This document shows positions 52,133-64,000 of a stretch of DNA of 64,000 nucleotides, one piece after another. A program made the translations under genes and the position numbers. Source of the DNA: Malacoraja senta (taxonomy: Eukaryota); the NCBI GenBank assembly GCA_038087875.1, contig CM075989.1:19346001-19410000 (forward strand). The letters are read 5' to 3'. The stretch's first letter is position 1. Each line of letters opens with the position of its first letter. The notes under the pieces are model-generated. The model was not told where the DNA came from, searched no databases, and was given only the letters and a program-made list of their open reading frames with translations.

Positions 52133-52745
52133 GGCAGCTCAGTGACACAGCGGTAGAGTTGCTGCTTTACAGTGCCAGAGACACGAGTTCGACCCTAACT
52201 ATGGGTGCTGTCTGCACGGAGTTTTTATGTTCTCCCTGTGACCTCGTGGGTTTTCTCCAGGTGCTCCGGTTTCCCCCCGCCTTGCCCAGAGTAGGGGAAT
52301 CAAGGACCAGATGACATAGGTTCAAGGTGAAGGGGGAAAGATTTAATGGAATCTGAGGGGTACGTTATTCACACAAAGGGTGGTGGGTGTATGGAACAAG
52401 CTGCCAGATTAGGTAGTTGAGGCTGGGACTATCCCAACATTTATGAAACAGACAAGTGCATGGATAGGACAGGTTTGGAGCGATATGGACCAAGGGCAGG
52501 CAGGTAGGACTAGTGTAGCTGGGACATGTTGGCCAGTGTGGGCAAGTTGGGTCGAAGGGCCTGTTTCTATACTGTATCACCCTATGACTCTAAGGCTATG
52601 ACTTAAGACGTGTAGGTTTGTAGATCAATTAGCTGCCGTAAATTGTCCCTAGTGTGTTGGCAAGAACTAGTGTACGCGTGATCATTGGTCAGCTTGGACT
52701 CTGTGGGCTGAAGGGCCTGTTTCTACATTGTATCTAGAAACTAAA
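52133..52745 (+). mobile_element. V-domain SINE split by a CR1-type 3' end (~52280-52600)
   Basis: SINE 5' half ends GGTTTCCCCC and resumes AAGACGTGTAGGTTTGTAG after the insert. Confidence 0.75.
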
Positions 52746-55700
52746 TGGATTGTATTGTACAAGAAGGAACTGCAGATGCTGGAAAAATCGAAAGTAGACC
52801 AAAAATGCTGGAGAAACTCCACGGGTGAGGCAGCATCTATGGAGAAAAAGAATAGGCGATGTTTCGGGTCGAGACCCTTCTTCAGACTGTAATGTAAATT
52901 GTTGATAAATTAGATCAGGAATGAAGTGTACTGATCATGAAAGTAGTCTTTTGGATTTTTTCTTCTTCCAATGCCACATTCTTAATTACCACAAATATGT
53001 TTTTGAGCTGTCTTATTCAGCAGCAGCAACCCTTGTGACCTGATGCTTCCAATATCTCCGTGGTTTGACTGATCTCTACATAAGATATTACGAATCATAA
53101 CCCAAGTTCAAGTTCAAGTTCCATTTATTGTCACATACACCAATTGGTACAGTGAGATATGAGTTACCATACAACCATACGAATAAACGAATAAACCCGA
53201 GATTAGAATTGATGAAACTAGATCATGAAGACCATTAATAAATAAGTGGACTTTTGTTACGACAGTAGGACATCCTGGATGGCAGTAATCAATAATGAGC
53301 ATATCTATTGAATTGTTGAGATTGAATTTATGACCTTGGGCAACCTAATCCAGAATGATAATCATTACTCCATTATACTCAGTGGATTTCGAATACTCGT
53401 GTTGTGGACCTCGAGTCAGGATCAGAGTCAAGCTGGAATGGCAGTTTGTACGTTCTGTGTGGAGTTTGTACGTTCTCCCTGTGACCACGTGGGATTTCGC
53501 CAGGTGCTCTGGTTTCCTCCCGCATTCCAAAGACGTACAGGTTTGTAGGTTAATAGGCTTCGGTAAAATTGTAAATTGTCCCTAGCGTGTAGGATAGTGC
53601 GAGTATATGGGGTTTGCCTGGACTCGGTGGGCCGAAGGGCCTGTTTTCAGCGGTGTAACTATAAACTCTGAAACCTAAATGCTGAAAATTGTTCTTGTGG
53701 AAGTCATGATTCTCCGTCATCTGCTCTTCAAATGATGCTATTCCCTATGCTATGTTCTTAGACAAAAATGCTCAGGAAATTATGTCACATTGTACTGAGG
53801 TACATTTGTTGCAATCAATAATATATTAGTGGTCCTGGACCAAGATATCTACTGAGGTGGATTTTCTTAGTGTCCTGTAGGGCTCCAACCTCCAAACCCC
53901 ATTTTAACTCACCGATTCATTAGTCACTTCTCAACTCAGGCACCAACCCTCCCCCTCCAACCACCATTGCACTCTGAATGCTTAAAGTCCACAATCAGGT
54001 CTCTGACTACAAACTTTTCTTCCACTGTGATCCACCTGGATTCAACCCAGATCTTTCCTTTAAATTCTGCAAAGGAAAACAGGCAATGGTCACGTAATGC
54101 CTTGCTATTTGATCATTTAACACATTTCCTCCAGAGCCAATAAATTGTTACTTAAACTTAAAGATAATGAGCAGGAAAGGATAAATTAAACAGATTTTAT
54201 GGGGGTTCACTAATAGTTCTATCCCATCAAACACAATGGTGAATATAATCAGCCATGATCATATTGAATGGCGGTGCTGGCTCGAAGGGCCGAATGGCCT
54301 ACTCCTGCACCTATTGTTATGTTTACTTAAATGTGCACAAAGGTCTCCCATTTGCAGGTTTCAATTGAGAAATTCTATCATGCATTGGATACAGTGTTAG
54401 AACAAGGACTGGAGCAGGGGCATAGACTATTTTCTAATTGGGGTGAGAATCAAGAAATCGGAGGTGTAAACCATTACATTTTCTTTTACCATTTCGATTC
54501 TGTACATTCACTGTTGTTGGAAATTGGTCAGCATGTCCATAGGCTGGGCTAAATATTAACCTTAAAAGGGACATACAAGCCTTCATCATTAATGGCCTCT
54601 TTCTAGAAATGGGGGATAAAGCTAATTTAGAACAATACACTTCTGGCACTGAAGATGAGCAGAATATCACATTATGACAAGATGACCTCAGTAGGCAAAG
54701 GAGCATCTAAAGATTTTAATATAGATGGAGTAGGAACAGTTTCTAAACTTCAAAACTCAAGATAAAATAAGTAGTTTCCTGTTTTCCAATGCATTTTGCT
54801 GGTTAGGCCTAGTTTTAATCTTGAAGCGATTACAAATATTTTACTAGATTCAAAACAGACCTTGTAACTGCAATAAAACATGCTACAGGTATTCTTTGAT
54901 TAGTATCCAAAGTAAGTGAAAATATTTACTTTGATACTATTACTTGAAACTTTATGGGGAAACTAGCTCAACATGTTCCAACTGTTCGGGGGTAAAACGT
55001 TATTTAATGTGCAGTTCATAAAGCAAAAAAAAACGACTACCACATTCAGTCAAGGTGCTAGTCTCTGTCCCAGTCTGAAGGGTTCCAACCCAAAATGCAG
55101 TTTGCCCTTTCCCAAGACAGATGCTGCCTGACCCACTGAGTTCCTCCAACACTTTGTGCTTTGCTCAAGATGCTAGTCCCATTATATTAGAAACATAGAA
55201 ACATGGCCAATAGGTGCAGGAGTAGGCCATTCAGCTCTCCGAACCAGCACAACCATTCAATATGATCACGGCTGACCATCCAAAATCAGTACCCCGTTCC
55301 TGCTTTCTCCCATTATCCCTTGATTCCATTAAGGGATATTATTATGAAAAGTTGTGATTTTGCAAAAACAAACTCGTCCATCAGGTTTCTGAAATTCAAG
55401 TTAATTTGAAAATGGACACTTGGAACTCCTTACATTTTCCGCAAGCAAAATTTAAATCTTATCCATTGTCAAAATGTCACGCGCTAAATTAATTTGTACA
55501 TACTACAGGAACCAAGGCCAGACTACTAAAGAAACAGAAGAATCATCGCTATCGTTCCAAGTTACAATCTGACAAGATGGTCTGACCCTGCAATAAATGT
55601 ACTCCAATTCTGCTTAAACAATTTGAACTCATAGAGCAATTTCAAAAGGGGTACAGCATCTAATATTTCGCTTGGGCAGCTTACAGCCCAGTGGTATGAA

Positions 55701-55885
55701 TATTGATTTCTCTCACTTCAGGTAGCCCCAGCATTCCCTCTCTCTCCCTCTCTCTCTCTCTATATCCCTCCCCCACCCAAGTTGCACTAGCTTCTCATTT
55801 TCACCCTACAAACAGCTAACAATGGCCTGTTTGCTTTATCATCGCTACTTTTTTTGCATATCTTTCATTCATTGTTCTTCATCTT

Positions 55886-56496
55886 CATGCCTACCTTTTT
55901 GCAGAGTGTGGATTCGCAAAGAGAGTCTGAAGAGGTCTGCAAGGGTCCCCGTCACGGTTTATTCCGAACAGCTCCGTCACAGAGGACTCTGTGATTTACG
56001 GACCATTCCCAGGGACGCATTCAGAGACTGACATCGAGTGCTGCTGGAAGGTCATCAACTCGGTGAAAGATGCTCTTTGGTCTGCCCGAGCGTTGTTCAC
56101 CACCCAGCAGAGCGAGATGTCCATCGGGGAATATTGCCGACTGGCCCGCTGCAAACTGCAGGAGTACGTGCTGAGGGACGCACTGAAGCTCGGTGGAGCC
56201 AACGCCAAGGCTCGGTGGGGGAGGATCACAGTCTAGGGTCCTTCCGCTGCTGGACATGGGGGGGGGGGGGCAGGGTGTGGTGGAGACGCCCCTCAAAATA
56301 AGGGAAGGGATCCCACGCCAGTGGGCCACATGAGTGGCAAGGGTGGTGGATACATTTGTGAAATTTGAGCAATGTATATAGACTGTATTGAACAATTTGT
56401 ATAGCCTCCGAAAATGTCAAATGAATTTTTTGCACGGTTCATGTATTGTATATATTTATTACCCGAATAATGTCTATTTTGAAATGTTAAAAAAAA
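55886..56496 (+). mobile_element. Tx1/L1-like LINE 3' end nested in a Penelope-like fragment (~55650-55885 and 56497-56636)
   Basis: YLFAECGFAKRV*...SVIYGPFPGTHSETDIECCWKVINSVKDALWSAR...ALKLGGANAKARWG; 3' UTR ending in an A-run; the flanks join into a PLE 3' region. Confidence 0.75.
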
Positions 56497-56639
56497 TCTT
56501 TATATCACCGTCTATATCTCTTGTTTTCCTTATCCCTAACCAGTCTGAAGGGTCTTGACCCGAAACGTCACCCTTTCCTTCTCTCCAGATATGCTGCCTG
56601 TCCCACTGAGTTACTCCAGCTTTTTGTGTCTATCTCCAC

Positions 56640-57335
56640 TATACATTGATGTCGCCAAAGTAGAGATGGTTGAAAATTTCAATTTCTTCGGAGTAAATAT
56701 CACCAACACTTTGACCTGGAATAATCATATTGAAGCAATGGTCAAGAAAGCATAAGAATGCCTCTACTTCCTTAGAAGGGTTTTGAAGTTCGGCATATCC
56801 CCAACAATCCTCATCAACTTCTAGAGATGTGCCATAGAAAGCATTTTATTAGGATGCATCTCAACATGGTTTGGGAACAGCTCCATCCAAAATCACAAGA
56901 ACTTGCAGAGTTGTGGACATTGTCCAGACCATCACGCAAACTAACCTCCCTTCCATTGACTCCATCTACATTTCACGCTGCCTCGACAAGGCCACTAGCA
57001 TAATCAAGGACTAGTCCTACCCTCTTCTCCCCTATCACATCAGGCAAAAATGTACAGAAGTTTCAATACACATAACCCAGTTGACTGTGCCTGAACACCT
57101 CTGTCAGTGGATCACCAACTTCCTGACAGACAGGAAGCAGCATGTGAGGCTGGGAAAGTACATCTCGGACCCGCTGGCCCTCAGCATAGAAGCACCGCAG
57201 AGCTGCGTACCCTCCCCTCTCCTTTACTCTCTCTACACCAATGACTGCGCCTCCACAGACACCTCTGTCAAGCTCCTCAAATTTGCAGACGACACAACCC
57301 TGATTGGACTGATCCAGGATGGGGAGGAATCTGTT
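56640..57335 (+). mobile_element. Rex1/Babar-like LINE fragments
   Basis: VEMVENFNFFGVNITNTLTW...; LCQWITNFLTDRKQHVRLG...LLKFADDTTLIGLI. Confidence 0.75.
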
Positions 57336-58288
57336 CCATCTTTGTATCCGATGATTTGAGTAGCATTTTTCTTCCCCAAAATACTGGTATCTGTTCTGTT
57401 CATGTTTCACAGTGGATACAGTTCTTGCACATCGAATCAAAATTCATTAGTTGTAGCGTCCCACAACTTATTTTAACAACACTATGATAGAACTTTATTT
57501 ATCTCAGGAGGGAAATTGATCTGCAAAACACAAAATACATGAAACATGAAATTAAAGTGACGAATGGAAAGGATTTGGAATGTGCAAAGAATTGGGACGA
57601 GGGGGGGGGGGGGGGGGGGAGGGGTCTGAAAAAGGGTCTCGACCCAAAACACCACCCATTCCTTCTCTCCAGAGATGCTGCCTGGCTCGCTGAGTTACTC
57701 CAGCTTTTTGTGTTTATCTTTGGTTTAAAACAGCATCTGCAGTTCCTTCCTACACTCTTCATCAATATTAACAGGCGTATTGCACAATATTTAATGTCAC
57801 TACACTTGCCCATTGGTCTCCAAGTATATGCACTGTACTATGCAAAAGGATTTCTGGTCCTACCATGCTTATCAACATAGTGTCCGATCAAGCAATATCA
57901 GCTAAAGCTGTTGGCAATGCTCAGTTAATCATTGCTGTGTACCATGATTTTAAATTGCCAGTGAGATATTAAGTGATGCTATTAATTATGGAATACTATT
58001 AATGCCGCATTATACTCTGAATAATTAATTACTTCAATCGAGAAACCATCTCGTTCATGACGCCATGAAGTGCTTTTTTTTTAAACTCTGGAATTTGATG
58101 GCTGTTCAATGTGCAGCCTTGTTGGAAAGAGTTAGCTATTGTAGCTTCTGCTGATGGAAAATTGGTCAAAAACTCTCACATGCCGGGTTTTCATATTGCA
58201 AGAGGAAATTTCCTACCTACATGGTGAATTTGGACTTCACCGAATCACCGGATTTGGAATCATCGAAGATGAAAGAACAGTTTTGTCC

Positions 58289-58488
58289 NNNNNNNNNNNN
58301 NNNNNNNNNNNNNNNNNNNNNNNNNNNNNNNNNNNNNNNNNNNNNNNNNNNNNNNNNNNNNNNNNNNNNNNNNNNNNNNNNNNNNNNNNNNNNNNNNNNN
58401 NNNNNNNNNNNNNNNNNNNNNNNNNNNNNNNNNNNNNNNNNNNNNNNNNNNNNNNNNNNNNNNNNNNNNNNNNNNNNNNNNNNNNNNN
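58289..58488. other. Assembly gap (200 N)
   Basis: Run of exactly 200 N, probably a fixed-size scaffold join. Confidence 1.
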
Positions 58489-59727
58489 GGCATGATACTC
58501 CAAATCGCTAACCTGATTACATACAAGTTGCCAGCTTGGTTGTTTATTTTCTTTTGACCTCCAGCAAGTTTTAGTTCATTTATCATTCACAAAGTAACAA
58601 AGGTTGTTCAGAATGGAGATTTATGACTTTGGGACTGACATTCATGAAGAATGTCATAGCCCAGTATTCTTCTCGGATATTGCCAGCAAATAAAGCAAAG
58701 CAATGCAACCTGGTGTTAAACAGCATGGAAACAGGCCCTTCACCCCACCGAGTCCATGTCAGCCAAGTTGGCACACTGGGCTGGGCTCCCATTTACCTCC
58801 ATTTGAACAATAGGTCTATACTCTTTCCATACATCTGTCCAAATGTCTTTTAAAAGTCCCAACTGTATCCACTTCTACAGCTTCCCTTAGCAGCTCATTC
58901 TAAATATGGACTAGCCTCCGAATGGAAAAAGTTGCCCCCCCCCCTTCCTAAACCTCTCCCTTTTCACTTTCATCCTATACCTTATTGTTTTAGAATCCTC
59001 TACCCTGGGATAAAGACTGTGTTCACTTTATTCATGTCCCTCATTATTTCGTACACCTCAGTAAGGTCACCCCTCAGTCTCCTACACCCCAAAGAAAACA
59101 AAAATCCCATCTGTCCAATTTCTCCCCATAACTCAAGCCCACAAGCCTAGGTAACATCCTGGGGAATCTCTTCTGAAGCCTTTTTCATTGATGACATCCT
59201 TCCTATCTCTAGGCGACTTGAACGGCACACAGTAGAACAGACAACCCCCTAGGTTGTGTCTGAACATGCATCTCTGGAGCTGCAAGGCAGCAGCAGTACG
59301 ATACCCATTCTACCCCCGTGCTTCTCTCCCACCCATTGTTTGCTGAGCCACGTGCTTGGTGGCGTCTCCTCTTGCACATGCATATCTCTGCAAATCTGTC
59401 CTGGGCCCAGTAAAGTTCATCAATGCCTCTACTTCCTGACAAGATAAAGGACATTCAATGTGTTGGCCAATACACTGTCGAACTTGGATAGGCGACATTT
59501 TGGGTCAGGGTCCTTCTTCAATCTGAAGAAGGGTCCAGACCCAGAAATCACCTATTCATATTCTCCAGATGCAGTCCAGCCAGCCAAGTTATTCCAGCAC
59601 TTTGTGTCATTTTTTGTAAATTAGTATCTGCAGTGCCTTGTGTCTACACTGTCAGACTTTACTGCTTACTCCCCCCTACTCCATCAGCCTGACCTGAATC
59701 ATCACCCATCCATGTCCTGACCTGCTG

Positions 59728-59916
59728 AGAGCTTTTATTTTTACGAGGATGTTTCCGTAACCGGCTTCCGTCTCCGCACTGGTATCCTATGGGATCTTTG
59801 GTGCGGAGACGGAAGCCGGTTACGGAACTGAGGCCTTAAATTACCCATGAATCTGCCCATGACCGTACTACGTCTTTTTAGTCGAGTGGGCTATCTTGCT
59901 TGCTATAGGAATTTTG
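59728..59916 (-). mobile_element. Second copy of the ~200-bp hairpin element
   Basis: Reverse complement aligns with 40313-40516; perfect 27-bp IR 59753-59779/59801-59827. Confidence 0.75.
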
Positions 59917-61163
59917 CCTGCCTCCACTGAGAGCTTGTTCCATATACCATCCTCCCCCCTCCCCCCCTCCCCCCCTCCCCCCCATCAGATTCCTTGTAAA
60001 TCATTCCCCTCAATGTGACAGCTAAAACCAAATATCTATTGTTTATTATAAGCTGCAGTTAGCGTGAATGTTCAAATGATGTGTTAATTAGCTGAGCATT
60101 GACCCCATTGCTGTCTGTATGACTGCAGTGTGGAAATTACCTGCTGCCGTTTGTTGATACATTAACATTTGCATTTAAATTGGCTGCAAAGTGCTTTGAG
60201 TACCATGCAGACATTGTGCTATTTAAATGCTCTTCCTTTGATAGATTGATAGATTTTTGATTAGTACAGATGTCAGAAGTTATGGGGAGAAGGCAGAAGA
60301 ATGGGGTTAGGAGGGAGCGATATATCAGCCATGATTGAATGGCAGAGTAGACTTGATGGGCCGAATGGCCTAATTCTACTTCTATCACTTACGAACTTAT
60401 GACCTGTGTGTTTAACTGCTTTAGGGGCTGGAGGATGACATGGGAGGAAACCGGAGCACCAGAAGGAAACCCATGCGGTCACAGGGAGAACATGCAAACT
60501 TCACACAGACAGCACCAGAGGTCAGGATGGAATCCGGATCTTTGGTGTTGTGAGGCCAGTTTCCTCCCCCATCCCAAAGACAAACAGAATCAAGAGATAT
60601 GGGGAAAATGCAGGAACGGGGTACTGATTTTGGATGATCAGCCATGATCCATTGAATGGCGGTGCTGGCCAGAATGGCCTACTCCTGCACCTATTTTCTA
60701 TGTTCTATGTTTCTAAGTGGGTCCGAGGTTAATTGGCCTCTGTAACGTTGTCCCTGATGTGTAGGATGTGAAAGTGGGATAACTTGAGCTTTTGGTGTAA
60801 ATGAGTGATCGATGGTCAGCATAGTCTGGATGGGCCAATAGGTCTGCTTTCATGCTGTATCTTTCAATCAAAAAAGCGTTAATTCCAGTCATGCTCTCAT
60901 TCACTCCTACCATTGGGAAGGTGGTATATGAGTCTGAAAACCATGTCCTCCAGATTCAGGAACAACTTCTTCCCAACAACCATCTGGCTATTGGGCACTA
61001 CAAATACCAACTAAACTTTGAACGGTCTTGATTGTACTGGGGACTTCAGGCTTTTGTCTAGGTTTGCACTAATATTGGGTTTGATTTTTTTTTTTTAATT
61101 GAATTTGTTTTGTGTTAGTTTATTGGTATCTTTCGAGCACTGTGTTTACTGACCTGTTGTGCT

Positions 61164-63226
61164 GTCGGGGGGGACACAACTCCAGGACTGTTTGGAGTCT
61201 GTAGATTGGGCAATGTTCGGGACTCGGCAACGGACCTGAACGAATACGCCACAGTCGTTACAGACTTCATAAAGAAATGTGTGGAGGACTGCATCCCAAC
61301 AAAAACCTTCCGAGTGTTTCCTAATCAGAAGCCTTGGATGAACTATGACATCCACACTCTCCTGAAGACCAGACAACGGCCATTCATGTCTGATGATACA
61401 GTGGTCTACAGATACGACCTTGGTAAGGCCACCAAAAAGGCCAAAAGGGAATTCTGCTCCAAGCTGGATGATGAGACAGATGTTCGGCAGCTGTGGCGGG
61501 GCCTGAATGCAATCACCTCCTACAAGGGCGAAATCAGGAGGCAGCTCAAAGTCAGCGAAGCATCACTCCCTGACGAGCTCAATGCGTTTTACGCACGCTT
61601 TGATAGGGAGAATACTGATGTGCCTTCCCGAGCCCCCATTCGCTGTGATGGTATTTCGGTCACAGTCACAGAGGTCGACGTCAGGAAATCCTTCAGAGGG
61701 GTGAACCATCGAAAAGCGTCTGGTCCTGATGGCATACCCAGTCGTGTTCTAAAAACCTGTGCGGACCAACTGGCTGGAGTTTTTACGGACATTTTCAACC
61801 TCTCACTTCGGAGGTCTGAGGTTCCCACCTGCTTCAAAAGGGCATCAATTATACCAGTGCCTAAGAAGAGCAAGGTGACGTGCCTCAATGACTATCGACC
61901 AGTGGCACTAACGCCTGTGGTGATGAAGTGCTTTGAGAGGTTGATCATGGCGCAAATCAACTCATACATCGACAAAAACCTGGACCCACTGCAGTTCGCT
62001 TACCGCCACAACAGATAAACGGTGGATGCGATCTCGCTGGCTCTCACTCCGCTCTGGACCACTTGGACAACAAAAACACATATGTCAGGCTGTTATTCAT
62101 TGACTACAGCTCGGCATTTAATACAATCATCCCTCCAAGCTGATTACCAAGCTCTCAGAACTGGGTCTCTGCGCATCCCTCTGCAATTGGATCCTCGACT
62201 TCCTCATTCACAGACCAGTCTGTTCGTATTGGTGTAAATGTGTCAGCCTCGATAGCAACACGGGAGCACCTCAAGGCTGCGTGCTCAGCCCCCTGCTGTA
62301 CTCACTCTATACTCATGACTGCATAGCCGGTCATAGTGCGAACTCCATCATCAAGTTTGCCAACGACACCACTGTTGTGGGACGTATCACTGATGGGGAC
62401 GAGTCAGAGTATAGAAGTGAGATCGACCGATTGACAAAATGGTGCCAGCACAATAACCTGGCTCAACACCAGCAAAAGCAAGGAACTGATTGTAGACTTT
62501 GGAAGGGGTAGGATGGGGACCCACAGTCCTGTTTATATCAACGGGTCGATGGTGGAGAGGGTCAAGAGCTTCAAATTCCTGGGCGTGCACATCTCTGAAG
62601 ATCTCTCCTGGTCCCAGAACACTGATGCAATTATAAAGTAAGCACATCAGCGCCTCTACTTCCTGAGAAGATTACGGAGAGTCGGTATGTCAAGGAGACT
62701 CTCTAACTTCTACAGGTGCACAGTAGAGAGCATGCTGACCGGTTGCATCGTGGCTTGGTTCGGCAACTTGAGCGCCCAGGAGCGGAAAAGACTGCAAAAA
62801 GTTGTAAACACTGCCCAGTCCATCATCGTCTCTGACCTCCCTTCCATCGAGGGGATCTATCGCAGTCGCTGCCTCAAAATGCATCATCAAGGATCCACAC
62901 CATCCTGGCCACTCACTCATCTCCCCGCTGTCCTCAGGTAGAAGGTACAGGAGCCTGAAATCTGCAACATCCAGGTTCAGGAACAGCTACTTCCCCACAG
63001 CCATCAGGCTATTAAACTCAACTCATACAAAAATCTGAACTTTCATAGCCTATTGCACTTTATCTGCTTATTTTTGTGTGTGTATATATATATTCAATGG
63101 TATATGGTCACACTGATCTGTTCTGTATTCATGCCTTCTATATTCTGTTGTGCTGAAGCAAAGCAAGAATTCCATTGTCCTATCTGGGACACATGACCAT
63201 AAACTCTCTTGAATCTTGAATCTTGA
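61164..63226 (+). mobile_element. Rex1/Babar-clade LINE, 5'-truncated and frameshifted
   Basis: [69 protein letters not shown], active site mutated to FANDTT, (CTTGAAT)n tail. Confidence 0.92.
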
Positions 63227-63609
63227 GCAGTTTCAGTACATATGACAGTTAAACACTCTTGATTCTTGTCTGTTCAAGAATGTATTTGGTTTTCAACCCT
63301 TAGCTGCCATCCTGTGGTTGTAGCTGACATTACAATTCATAACAATGGTTGCCAGAAATGAATTTAAAACCCCCCACTATCAGTAGCTTCATAGCAGATA
63401 TTTTTTTCCACACTTGTGTGCCAAGAGCTCCCTGTAAACATTAAAACACTTGTGGACACGAAAGTTAGGTCTTCCATGCAACAAGTTAGTCAGTGATCAA
63501 AATGAAAAACAGTCAAAGCTGTTGAAGATGTTGAGATGCAGCCACAGGTGAAAAGGCACACACTATTAAAATCTTGTATTATTTATTTATAGGTGTTCAG
63601 TTTTAGCTT

Positions 63610-64000
63610 TTCTTTTTTTTTTTTTGAAAATATTTTTATTGGAGATAAGTACACAACCTATTAACATCATTACAGTCTTACATTTTTGAATTGATAATAT
63701 TGTCAATTATTATTACATTGTCTCCAATACCTTTTGCCTTTTTTTGTTTTTTTTTAAACTAGATAGAACTAAAAAGATAGATAAAGTAAAGAAAGAAAAG
63801 AGAGAAGAAAAGAGAGAAAAAGAAAAAAAAAAAGAAAAAAACAAAACAAAAAACAAAAAACAAAAAACAAAACAGAAAAGAAAAAGATAGTTAAAGAAGA
63901 ATGGAAAAATTTATTAAAATAAAAAACTTCATTCGAGATATATTCGTACATTCCAGAGTATAGCATTTCATCCATTCTTTAGCTCGAGTGTTAATCAGGT
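63610..64000 (-). mobile_element. Probable L1-like 3' UTR/poly(A) end
   Basis: T-run followed by TTTTTATT (minus-strand AATAAA) and A-rich low-complexity sequence, similar in layout to 35351-35700. Confidence 0.4.

Noticed and set aside
58154..58586. ORFs spanning the N gap
   Set aside because: Artefacts of the gap; the flanks may not be contiguous

Overview
Vertebrate genomic DNA, AT-rich and dominated by transposable elements. The repeat complement (abundant CR1 LINEs, tRNA-derived V-domain SINEs, Penelope-derived repeats) suggests a cartilaginous fish; this is an inference. No complete host gene can be identified. A CpG island at ~38.5-39.2 kb looks like a bidirectional promoter, with two perfect CRE sites and an RFX X-box. 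It has a minus-strand first exon (two short uORFs, then ATG MKSDR and a GTAAG donor) that may splice to a 57-nt exon at 26.5 kb, and a plus-strand donor at 39194. The rest appears intronic or intergenic. It contains a near-complete CR1 ORF2, a second truncated CR1, a full-length inactive IR/DR Tc1 transposon (DD34E), and a very young internally deleted Gypsy element (gag stub plus open integrase) with an L1 3' end inserted in its 3' LTR. It also has a non-autonomous Helitron carrying minisatellites and a TATA-Inr-YY1 promoter cassette, RTE, Rex1/Babar, Tx1 and L2 fragments, a small hairpin-bearing element in two copies, and a 200-N assembly gap. The most striking non-obvious signal is more than 20 short Penelope-derived repeats carrying a minimal hammerhead-ribozyme core (CTGAAGA-hairpin-GAAAC-GTH), often in inverted pairs. 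TE boundaries are read by eye and approximate unless terminal motifs or TSDs are quoted.
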